A stretch of 64,000 bases of DNA, taken from contig JAVJVZ010000023.1 of NCBI GenBank assembly GCA_040220855.1, forward strand, positions 22,102 through 86,101. Direction: 5' to 3'. This DNA is from Gammaproteobacteria bacterium. GTDB lineage: Bacteria; Pseudomonadota; Gammaproteobacteria; Ga0077536. Both the position numbers and the translations under genes were made by a program. Positions 28,893 to 36,309 of this stretch are shown in pieces (positions within the stretch are counted from its first letter, which is position 1; the number at the start of each line of letters is the position of its first letter). The notes below the pieces were generated by a model. That model saw nothing but the letters and a program-made list of their open reading frames with translations. It searched no databases and was not told the DNA's origin.

Positions 28893-29686
28893 TCGCGACC
28901 CACGCCCTCGGCTACGACGTCGCTGGCCGCGCGCTGCTCGCGGACTGCGAGCTCGCCTTCACGGGCGGCCGCGTGACCGCGGTCCTCGGCCCCAACGGCG
29001 CCGGCAAGTCGACCCTGCTGCGCCTGCTGACGGGTGAGCGGCGTCCGAGCCACGGCGAGGTGCGCGTCGACGGGCGCGCCCTGGACACCTGGACACCCGC
29101 AGCGCTCGCGCGGGTGCGGGCAGTCGTCACCCAGTTCAACCACGTCGCGTTCCCGTTCACGGCCGCCGAGATTGTTGCGCTCGGTCGCGCCCCGTGGCGG
29201 CGCAGCGATACGCGCGCCGCCCGCGCGGCGGCCGTCGAGGCCGCGCTCGCGCGGCTCGAGGTCGGGCATCTCGCGGGGCGTCTCTACCCGACCCTGTCCG
29301 GCGGCGAGCAGCAGCGGGTGGCCATCGCGCGCGCGCTCGCCCAGCTCGACTGGCCACGGGCCGGCGGCGCGCGCTGCCTGCTGCTCGACGAGCCGAGCGC
29401 GAGCCTCGACCTGCATCACCAGCACGCGCTCATGGCGTTGCTGCGCGAGCTCGCGACACAGGGCGTGACGGTGGTGGTCGTCCTGCACGACCTGAACCTG
29501 GCGCTCGGCTATTGCGACGAGGTGGTATTACTGCGCGAGGGCCGCGTCGCCGCCACCGGCGCCACCGCCGCCACCCTCACCCCGGCGCTCGTCGAGGCCG
29601 TCTACCGCGTCGCCGCCGAACAGTTCGAAACCCCCGACGGTGGCGTCTTTCTCGTCGCCCGTCGCGCCGTGGAGTACGCCGCATGA
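28889..29686 (+). CDS. hmuV: Hemin ABC transporter ATP-binding protein (HmuV-like)
   Basis: Walker A GPNGAGKST, ABC signature LSGGEQQRV, Walker B LLLDEP. GTG start overlapping the hmuU stop (GTGA). Confidence 0.85.
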   Translation: MIATHALGYDVAGRALLADCELAFTGGRVTAVLGPNGAGKSTLLRLLTGERRPSHGEVRVDGRALDTWTPAALARVRAVVTQFNHVAFPFTAAEIVALGRAPWRRSDTRAARAAAVEAALARLEVGHLAGRLYPTLSGGEQQRVAIARALAQLDWPRAGGARCLLLDEPSASLDLHHQHALMALLRELATQGVTVVVVLHDLNLALGYCDEVVLLREGRVAATGATAATLTPALVEAVYRVAAEQFETPDGGVFLVARRAVEYAA

Positions 29687-30330
29687 ATCCCGATCCGCAC
29701 ACGACCGCACGCCGCCTGCTGCTCGGCAGCGCGTCGGCCCGCTTTACCGCCGTTGCGCGCGGCAGCGCCGCGTCGACGCCTTTCTGCCTCGCGCCCGACG
29801 GCACGCCCCTGCTCGAGGCGACTGCCGGTGCCGCCGTCAGCATCGCGCTCGGCGCCGCGGGCGACACATTCGCACTCGTCCTGCGCGGACGGGCCATCCC
29901 GCTCGCCGCGGCCGAGGACGCGAGTCTCGCGCGCTGGCGGCGACACCATCCGGCGCATGCGCGCCCGCCCGTGCGCCTCGCCGAGCCGCATGCCCTGCTG
30001 TGCGCCGCGGGCGGGCAGCATGCGCTGGACTACTTTGCGCTGGTGCGTGATGCGCTGTTCGACTGGGCTAGCGAGACGCGCATGGTCGAGCACATGAACG
30101 ACGATCACCTCGACGCGCTGCGCGATTACTGCGCACACGCCGGGGTCTCCTGCACACGCGTGGCGCCGCTGATGGCCGGCGTCGACGTCGACGGCTTCTT
30201 CGTGCTTGCCGACGAGGGGGCGGCTCGCTTCGATTTCCCGGCGCCCTGCCCCAGCCCGCTCGCGGTGCGCAAGGCGCTCGTCGCCCTCGCGCAGGCGGCG
30301 CGCGCAGCTGAGCGCGCAGACGGCGATTGA
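29683..30330 (+). CDS. DUF2470-domain heme-utilization-associated protein (HugZ N-domain-like)
   Basis: MNDDHLDALRDY motif typical of DUF2470. ATG overlaps the hmuV stop (ATGA). Confidence 0.6.
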   Translation: MNPDPHTTARRLLLGSASARFTAVARGSAASTPFCLAPDGTPLLEATAGAAVSIALGAAGDTFALVLRGRAIPLAAAEDASLARWRRHHPAHARPPVRLAEPHALLCAAGGQHALDYFALVRDALFDWASETRMVEHMNDDHLDALRDYCAHAGVSCTRVAPLMAGVDVDGFFVLADEGAARFDFPAPCPSPLAVRKALVALAQAARAAERADGD

Positions 30331-30332
30331 GT

Positions 30333-31040
30333 TCAGCGCCCGGCGGTGAGGAAGACGGGTTCGCGTGCTGGCCGCCCGCTCGCGGGATCGTAGTGGCAGC
30401 GCGCACAGATGGCCGGCGCAGGCAGCGCTGCGGGCTGTCGCGCGGTGCCGAAATCGGCGCTCGCGGCGAGCCGACCCGCGTCGTCGTACACGAAGAAGTC
30501 GACCGCCGTCGAGGTCGGCGCCCGCCGCCGCACGATCTCGGTTTCGCGCACGCTACCGTCCGGATTGAGCGTTTCGGCAACCGACATGCGCCACTGCCGA
30601 CCCGGATTGCGGTAGATGCGCCGCGGCAGGTGCTTGGCCCGGCTCGGCGAGAGGAGTTCGCTCGACCATTCACGGTAGCCGCTGGCCGCGGCGAACGCGG
30701 ACAGTGAGTCCGGCAGCACGCGGGCGGCGGCCCGCGCCACCAGGGCGGCCGCAGCATCGGCCGTGCGCGGCGCATGGCGCAGGCGACGCAGCACGCGGGC
30801 GGCTGCGCGCCGCTCGCCGGAGAGCAGCGCGAGCGTGCCCGGCGCGAGCCGTCCACCAGCGCGCACCGCCGCGTCCCCGAACAGAAACCCGAGCCAGTGC
30901 ACGCTGCAGTCGACCGCGTAGCGGCCGCCGGCCACGGCCCCTTCGCGCGGCACGAGCAGCCACCCCCGCGGCGCCTGCAACAGCACGGCGGCGAGCAGGA
31001 TGGCCGCGAGCATGCTTGCACGGTGTGCGGACAGACGCAT
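30333..31040 (-). CDS. Hypothetical secreted protein with a single C-terminal CxxCH motif (possible heme-binding protein)
   Basis: Signal peptide MRLSAHRASMLAAILLAAVLLQAP, then ...AICARCHYDPASG near the C-terminus. The N-terminal 142 codons of ORF 30333..31466 were rejected as an extension. Confidence 0.45.
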   Translation of the reverse strand: MRLSAHRASMLAAILLAAVLLQAPRGWLLVPREGAVAGGRYAVDCSVHWLGFLFGDAAVRAGGRLAPGTLALLSGERRAAARVLRRLRHAPRTADAAAALVARAAARVLPDSLSAFAAASGYREWSSELLSPSRAKHLPRRIYRNPGRQWRMSVAETLNPDGSVRETEIVRRRAPTSTAVDFFVYDDAGRLAASADFGTARQPAALPAPAICARCHYDPASGRPAREPVFLTAGR

Positions 31041-31221
31041 ACAGCTCACCGTCCCCGGGCCGCGTTCGTTCACGGGCGCCCCGCGCACGTGCGGGGCGGA
31101 GGTACGGCACCGCACCCGGGAACGCCGCCGCTGCCACCGGCGCGTCCGACTCCCGGGGGTGCCGCAGAAGGGAGCGGCAGCGGCAGGAAGGCGCCGCGAA
31201 CCCGCGTCCGGGCGCTGAACG

Positions 31222-31959
31222 TCACGACGAGCTCGCGCCCCGGACAGCGCTATGGCGCCGCGCCAGGAGACCGGCGAGCACCGGCGCGCACAGCCACGCC
31301 GCGCCGGGCAGGGGAACCGGCGCGATGTCGACTGCCGCCTGCGCGAAGGACATGTGCGGGCCGCCCTGCAAGACGAACTCGTAGCTCGCGGCGGGTGCGT
31401 CGAGCGTCCACAGGAACAGCACCTGCTCGAGCAGCACGGTGCCGAACGCCGAGGCGAACGCGGCATCCTGGAAGGTCACCACCTTGCTGTCCCATTGGGC
31501 GCCGTTGAGCGTCACCGGGGCCACGGCGTTACCGGCGTCGTCGGCTTCCAGCGGGGTGCCCCAGGTCTCGGTCTGCAGCGCGACGACGACCGGACCGTCC
31601 AGCGGACCGGCGCTGCCGTCGACCGCGATGGTCAGCACCTGCAGGCTGCCGAAGTTGTAGAGATTGCCGGTGGTGCCGGTCACGAACGTGCCGGCATTCC
31701 AGCCGAAGCTGGCCGCCGGCGTGCCGGCGCTGCCGACGTCCGGCGCCACGGGATTGGCCGCACCGAAGTCGTCCCATTCGGCGTAGAGGGTGCCAGCGTC
31801 GCCGCGCGTCCAGCCACCCCAGTCGGCGCTGTCCGGGGTTGCGAAGCCGAAACCGGGTGCATACGGATCGGGGCCGTTGGCGAAATCGGCCAGCGCCAGC
31901 GGGCTGGTCAACAGCATCACGGCGCCAGCGACGGCGGAAATGGTTTGCTTGTTCTTCAT
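31222..31959 (-). CDS. Secreted hypothetical protein with a C-terminal VPLPA-CTERM-like (PEP-CTERM family) sorting signal
   Basis: Signal peptide MKNKQTISAVAGAVMLLTSPLALA. C-terminus VPLPGAAWLCAPVLAGLLARRHS. Paralog of 25393..26211. Confidence 0.7.
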   Translation of the reverse strand: MKNKQTISAVAGAVMLLTSPLALADFANGPDPYAPGFGFATPDSADWGGWTRGDAGTLYAEWDDFGAANPVAPDVGSAGTPAASFGWNAGTFVTGTTGNLYNFGSLQVLTIAVDGSAGPLDGPVVVALQTETWGTPLEADDAGNAVAPVTLNGAQWDSKVVTFQDAAFASAFGTVLLEQVLFLWTLDAPAASYEFVLQGGPHMSFAQAAVDIAPVPLPGAAWLCAPVLAGLLARRHSAVRGASSS

Positions 31960-32029
31960 CTCGAGTCACCCTCCTCAGGCGTGGTTGGCGCTTGCGGCGA
32001 CGGCAATTCCGGGCCGCTGAACGCGGAGT

Positions 32030-32048
32030 GACTCTAAACGATAATTAT
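32030..32048. promoter_or_regulatory. Fur-box-like 19-mer GATAATTATTCTTATTAGC upstream of the second VPLPA-CTERM gene
   Basis: About 13/19 match to the GATAATGATAATCATTATC consensus. Lies in an AT-rich patch immediately upstream of the gene start. Confidence 0.35.
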
Positions 32049-32158
32049 TCTTATTAGCAACTATGAGAAATGCGAGGTATTTCCGTGCGCGCCCGCCGGC
32101 CCCGCCCGGCCAGTCCACACGTCCGACCACCCGGGCCCGGGCCGCGCAAGCCGGCCGC

Positions 32159-33301
32159 TCACTGCAGATAGTTGCCGATCACCTCGCGCAGCCATGCCCG
32201 CGTCGCGGCTGCGTCGTAGGGCGTGCCATCGGCGTAGCTCGCCGCCCGCGCAAAGAGCCGCGCGAACAGCGGCTGACCATCGACACGTGCGGCAAGCGCA
32301 AACTCCGCGCGCGCCGCGAGGAGCTCGGCCCAGGTCGCGCGGACGTCGGCCCAGAATGGCGCCGTCGCCGCCCAGTACGCGTCGCCGGCCGAGAAATCCT
32401 GCCCGCTGACGTGCTCGTAGCGGTTCAGGCCACGTTCCTCGGCGAGCGGTGTGCCGTCGCTCGGATCACCCGCACGGTGGCGCAGCTTGCGATTGTGCTG
32501 CTCGTGCACCCAGCCCGTCGGCTGCACCACCAGGCGGTGGGTACCGAAGAGGCGGTCGTAATCGTCGCGCACGCTGAACTCGCGCCGCGGCAGCGGCCGC
32601 CCCATCGGCTCGCTGGTCCAGGTGGCGTCGCTCGCGCGATGCTGCCAGCGGCCGCGCGCGGCATAACGTGGCGCATCGTCGACCTGGTAGACGGTCTGCG
32701 TCCAGGTGCCCGCGACGGCCTCCTCGATGATTTCGCGCCAACGCCCGTCGCCACCGTAGGCGAGGCGCGTGGGGGCTTCGTAACGCCAGTCCTGCCGCCA
32801 GTGTTTCATGACGACGGGTTCGGGTTCGCCGGCGACGAACATCACCAGCAGGTGCTGCAGGCTGACGAAGCCCGGTTCGTCCGTGAGCACGTAGATGACT
32901 TCCGTGCCCCACGACCGGTAAGGGCGCGCCGGCTCGAAACCCGGGCTGAAGCCGAGCGTCTCGATGAACTCGAAGCTCGCACGGTACTCGCCGGCCAGGG
33001 CGCGAATGGCCAGGCGATCGCGTGCCTCGCCACGCGCTTCGGTCTCCTGCAGGGCCTGCCAGGCGGCGCCCGGCGTCGTCGCCAGCGTCACCGGCGCGCC
33101 GCGCGTCGTGCCCCCGCGCGGCGTCAGCGCACACCGTTCGCCAAGCATCCAGGAAAACACGTACGGTGGGCGCTCACAGGTCTCGGCTGTGGGCGTCGCG
33201 CCTGCGTACGGCGCGAGCAGCGCAAATGCGACGACCACCGCCGCGCAGAGCGGCGTCGTCAGGCCGGGGTGACGGGTAAAGCGGATTCGCTCGGTGCGCA
33301 T
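32159..33301 (-). CDS. Hypothetical secreted protein (380 aa)
   Basis: Signal peptide after MRTERIRF. No recognisable family. Fur-box-like element in its promoter. Confidence 0.5.
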   Translation of the reverse strand: MRTERIRFTRHPGLTTPLCAAVVVAFALLAPYAGATPTAETCERPPYVFSWMLGERCALTPRGGTTRGAPVTLATTPGAAWQALQETEARGEARDRLAIRALAGEYRASFEFIETLGFSPGFEPARPYRSWGTEVIYVLTDEPGFVSLQHLLVMFVAGEPEPVVMKHWRQDWRYEAPTRLAYGGDGRWREIIEEAVAGTWTQTVYQVDDAPRYAARGRWQHRASDATWTSEPMGRPLPRREFSVRDDYDRLFGTHRLVVQPTGWVHEQHNRKLRHRAGDPSDGTPLAEERGLNRYEHVSGQDFSAGDAYWAATAPFWADVRATWAELLAARAEFALAARVDGQPLFARLFARAASYADGTPYDAAATRAWLREVIGNYLQ

Positions 33302-33398
33302 TGGACATCTCCAGGAAATACGGGGTGCAGCTTCACGACAGCGTGGCACGGTGTTCCGTGCCGGCATACGCGGCGGCTGTCGGAATGGACTGGGCTAC

Positions 33399-33429
33399 TT
33401 ATTGCGAATGATTATCGATTGCAATAATC
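33399..33429. promoter_or_regulatory. Fur-box-like palindrome TTATTGCGAATGATTATCGATTGCAATAA in a divergent promoter
   Basis: 7-bp inverted arms (TTATTGC/GCAATAA) around an AATGATTAT core. Shares ATTGCGAAT-N-ATTAT with the site at 22625-22645. Confidence 0.45.
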
Positions 33430-33460
33430 TCCAGGCGCCACCACAAACGGAAGCCCTCTC

Positions 33461-33880
33461 ATGAAACTGGTCTACCACCGCCACCTTCCGCTCGATCAGT
33501 CGCTGCGCTGCGCTCGGCCGCAACGTCGGCTGCCGCCGCACGACCCGGCCGACCGCGTGCTGCTGGCCGAGTTCGACGACGGCCGCGGCGGCGGGCCGCT
33601 GTCGCGCTGGGAAGTGCGCGCGTTCGACCCCGCCGGCCAGTTCCACGCCTGGTTCGCCCCGCGCGGTTTCGTTCATCTGCAACTGTGGCAACCCTGGTTC
33701 GGGATATCGGTGCTGACGCCCTCGCGGCTCACCCTGGACCGCTTCGAAGCGTACCCGCTCGACGGCTGGAAGCGCGGTACGCCGGATTACGCGACCCTCG
33801 TCCGCCTGCTCGAGGCCGCCTACGCGGTCCGCCTGCCCGACGCCGCCCGCGTCGCCGGTTGGCGCGCGGTGCTCGATTGA
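33461..33880 (+). CDS. Hypothetical protein (139 aa)
   Basis: ATG with a GGAAG RBS. No family recognised. Downstream of the Fur-like box. Confidence 0.45.
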   Translation: MKLVYHRHLPLDQSLRCARPQRRLPPHDPADRVLLAEFDDGRGGGPLSRWEVRAFDPAGQFHAWFAPRGFVHLQLWQPWFGISVLTPSRLTLDRFEAYPLDGWKRGTPDYATLVRLLEAAYAVRLPDAARVAGWRAVLD

Positions 33881-33944
33881 GCGCGGCGCGGGCGTGCGTG
33901 TGTGCGCCGCAGACCGCAGCCAGCAACGCGTCACCTCGGACGCC

Positions 33945-34283
33945 TCAGGGGGACGCCGTGGCGCTGAAGGTGTAGCTGCGCTCGACGCGCGCCACGCGCA
34001 CCGCGTAGCCGGCATACCAGTGCGCGCGCCCGCGTTGCTGGGCTGCGCGGTGCTCGGCGTGGCGCTTCCAGGCCAGGATCGAGGCCTCGTCGCGCCAGTA
34101 GGAAACGACGATCTCGCCGCTCGCCTCGACCGCCGCCTCGACGCCGAGGAAACCCGGCATGTCGGCGACGAGTTCGAGCATGCGTGCCACCGTCTCGCCG
34201 TAGTCGCGCGTGTCCGCGCCCGGCGTCGCGGTGAAGATCACGGCGTAATAGGGCGCCTCGAGGCCCTCGAGCACGGCTGGCAT
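33945..34283 (-). CDS. Antibiotic-biosynthesis-monooxygenase (ABM) domain protein
   Basis: 112 aa ferredoxin-like ABM pattern (YYAVIFT...EIVVSYWRDEASILAWKRHAEH). Confidence 0.65.
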   Translation of the reverse strand: MPAVLEGLEAPYYAVIFTATPGADTRDYGETVARMLELVADMPGFLGVEAAVEASGEIVVSYWRDEASILAWKRHAEHRAAQQRGRAHWYAGYAVRVARVERSYTFSATASP

Positions 34284-34423
34284 GACGTTCTCCGCAGGAT
34301 CTTTGCTGGAGCTTAGCGCGCGCTACCCACGCTGCCCAGGCCGCGTGGAACCTCGCGGCGGGCCCGATGGGCTGCGCGCGTCCGCGCGCGCTACACTGCA
34401 TGCTCCCCGGTCGGAGCAAAGCA

Positions 34424-35206
34424 ATGACGCGCATCCTCACCGCCCTCGTCGTCCTCGTCGCCGGTCACACCGCCACGGCACAGCAATCCGCCGTCGACGT
34501 GTGGGAGACGCTGCTGCGTCCACACCACTTTCCGGAGGTCGAAATCATCGAGGACGGCAGCGTCATCGAACTCTCCACGCCTTACCGTTCCGAGGACGCC
34601 GCCTTCACCCCGGTACGCATCAAGGCGCGCATTCCGCAGACGCCGGAACGCTACATCGAAGCCATCCACCTGTTCGTCGACCTGAACCCCGAACCCAAGG
34701 TCGGCACCTTCACCTTCACCCCCGCGGCCGGCAGCGCCGACCTCGCATTGCGCATCCGCATCGACAAGTACACCGACGTGCGCGCGGTCGCGGTCCTCAA
34801 TACCGGCGAGCACTACATGGCGAAGAGCTACGTCAAGGCCCAGGGCGGCTGCGCGATCCCGGTCGCCATCGACTACAAGCAGGCGATGTCCGGCCTCGGG
34901 AAGGTTCAGCTGCGCACCCTCGACGGTGACGACGCGGACGGCATCGCGACCCAGTTGCGCGTCCGTCATCCGAACTTCACCGGCATGCAGATGGACTACA
35001 AGATCTACGCGGTGCGGCCGGCGCACTACGTCAACTCGATCCGCGTATTGCTGAACGGCGAGCCGGTGATGACGGCCGAGACGGGCATCTCGATTAGCGA
35101 GGATCCGAGCTTCCGCTTCTTCCTCGCGCCGCAGGCGAGTGGCGAATTGAGCGCGGAGATCACCGACACCAAGGGCAACAGCTGGACCGAGAAGCTGACG
35201 CTCTGA
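34424..35206 (+). CDS. SoxY/SoxZ-like fused sulfur-carrier protein (quinoprotein-dehydrogenase-associated SoxYZ-like carrier family)
   Basis: Signal peptide. SoxY-like N-half with a KAQGGCAIP carrier-cysteine loop, and a SoxZ-like C-half (SEDPSFRFFL). Confidence 0.55.
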   Translation: MTRILTALVVLVAGHTATAQQSAVDVWETLLRPHHFPEVEIIEDGSVIELSTPYRSEDAAFTPVRIKARIPQTPERYIEAIHLFVDLNPEPKVGTFTFTPAAGSADLALRIRIDKYTDVRAVAVLNTGEHYMAKSYVKAQGGCAIPVAIDYKQAMSGLGKVQLRTLDGDDADGIATQLRVRHPNFTGMQMDYKIYAVRPAHYVNSIRVLLNGEPVMTAETGISISEDPSFRFFLAPQASGELSAEITDTKGNSWTEKLTL

Positions 35207-35216
35207 GCCGCGCTAC

Positions 35217-36185
35217 TCAGGCGCGCGTGACGTGCGGCGCGCGGAGCGCGGCAAGCGTTTCGTCGACCAGGCGCGTCACGATCTCGGCCGCCGGTGGCGC
35301 GTCGTGCAGCAGGTCCGCCGCTTCGCCGACGATCACCGGCGCGACATCGACGTCGCCGTCCTCGACCGCACGTTCGAAGGTGACGCGCTCGCTCGCTAGG
35401 CGCGCGGCGAACGCCGCCGGATCGGCGGCATACCTGCGCGTAGTCGCGTTGCGCAGTGTGCGGAGCGCGTAGCCGGGCGGCCACGCCCAGCCACGTAACA
35501 GGTCGAACACCGCGCCCTGCTCGGTGTCGTCCCCGCCCGCGGCGAGCGCGGCGCGGCGCGCGGCGGCGCTGGCGAGGCTCTCGGCACTCACGTAGAAGCG
35601 ACTGCCGAGCATGGCACCGTGCGCGCCGAGCACGAGGGCAGCGGCGATGCCGCGGCCGTCACCGATGCCGCCGGCGGCAACCACGGGGTGCGCCCCGGCG
35701 ACATCGACGATTGCCGGAACCAGCGGCAGGGTCGCGCGGCGTCCGCCATGTCCGCCCGCTTCGCCGCCCTGGGCGACGATGACATCGGCGCCGGCGTCGA
35801 GCGCGGCAAGCGCCTGCGTGAGCGTCTGAACCTGCGCGATCACGCGGACGCCGGCAGCATGCACGCGCGCCGCCCACGGGGCGACGTCACCGAAAGAGAG
35901 CAGTATCGCGGCCACGCCGTGCTCGAGCGCACGGTCGAGCAGCGCCGGGCACGCGGCCAACCGCCAGGTGATGAAGCCGACACCGATGCGCACGCCACCG
36001 GCCTGTGCGAGCTCGGCGCCAAGCCATTCCGGATCGCCGTAGCCGCCGCCGATCAGTCCGAGGCCGCCGGCGCGGCTGACGGCGGCCGCCAGCGCGCCGC
36101 CGGCAACACCGGCCATCGGTGCCGACAGCACCGGGTAGCGGATGCCGAGCAGCGTACACAGCGGGGTGGAGAGCACGGGCGCCAT
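35217..36185 (-). CDS. Nitronate monooxygenase (NMO / 2-nitropropane dioxygenase family)
   Basis: FMN TIM-barrel motifs (IRYPVLSAPMAGV, VIAQGGEAGGH). Start re-picked at MAPVLSTP. Confidence 0.8.
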   Translation of the reverse strand: MAPVLSTPLCTLLGIRYPVLSAPMAGVAGGALAAAVSRAGGLGLIGGGYGDPEWLGAELAQAGGVRIGVGFITWRLAACPALLDRALEHGVAAILLSFGDVAPWAARVHAAGVRVIAQVQTLTQALAALDAGADVIVAQGGEAGGHGGRRATLPLVPAIVDVAGAHPVVAAGGIGDGRGIAAALVLGAHGAMLGSRFYVSAESLASAAARRAALAAGGDDTEQGAVFDLLRGWAWPPGYALRTLRNATTRRYAADPAAFAARLASERVTFERAVEDGDVDVAPVIVGEAADLLHDAPPAAEIVTRLVDETLAALRAPHVTRA

Positions 36186-36309
36186 GACGCCATTCTCGCC
36201 GGCGCCGCGCCGTCTGCCCAGCCGCCGCGGGCCGGCATCCGCCATCTCGGCTACACTGCGCGCCGTTTCCCGTCCTCGTTCAGCCAGCCCCCGCGCAGGA
36301 AGGCCCGCC

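Noticed and set aside
30704-31508. ORFs 30704..31384 (+), 30774..31508 (+), and the extension of 30333..31466 beyond 31040
   Set aside because: Arg/Pro-rich low-complexity translations. The minus-strand gene has a signal peptide at the internal Met.
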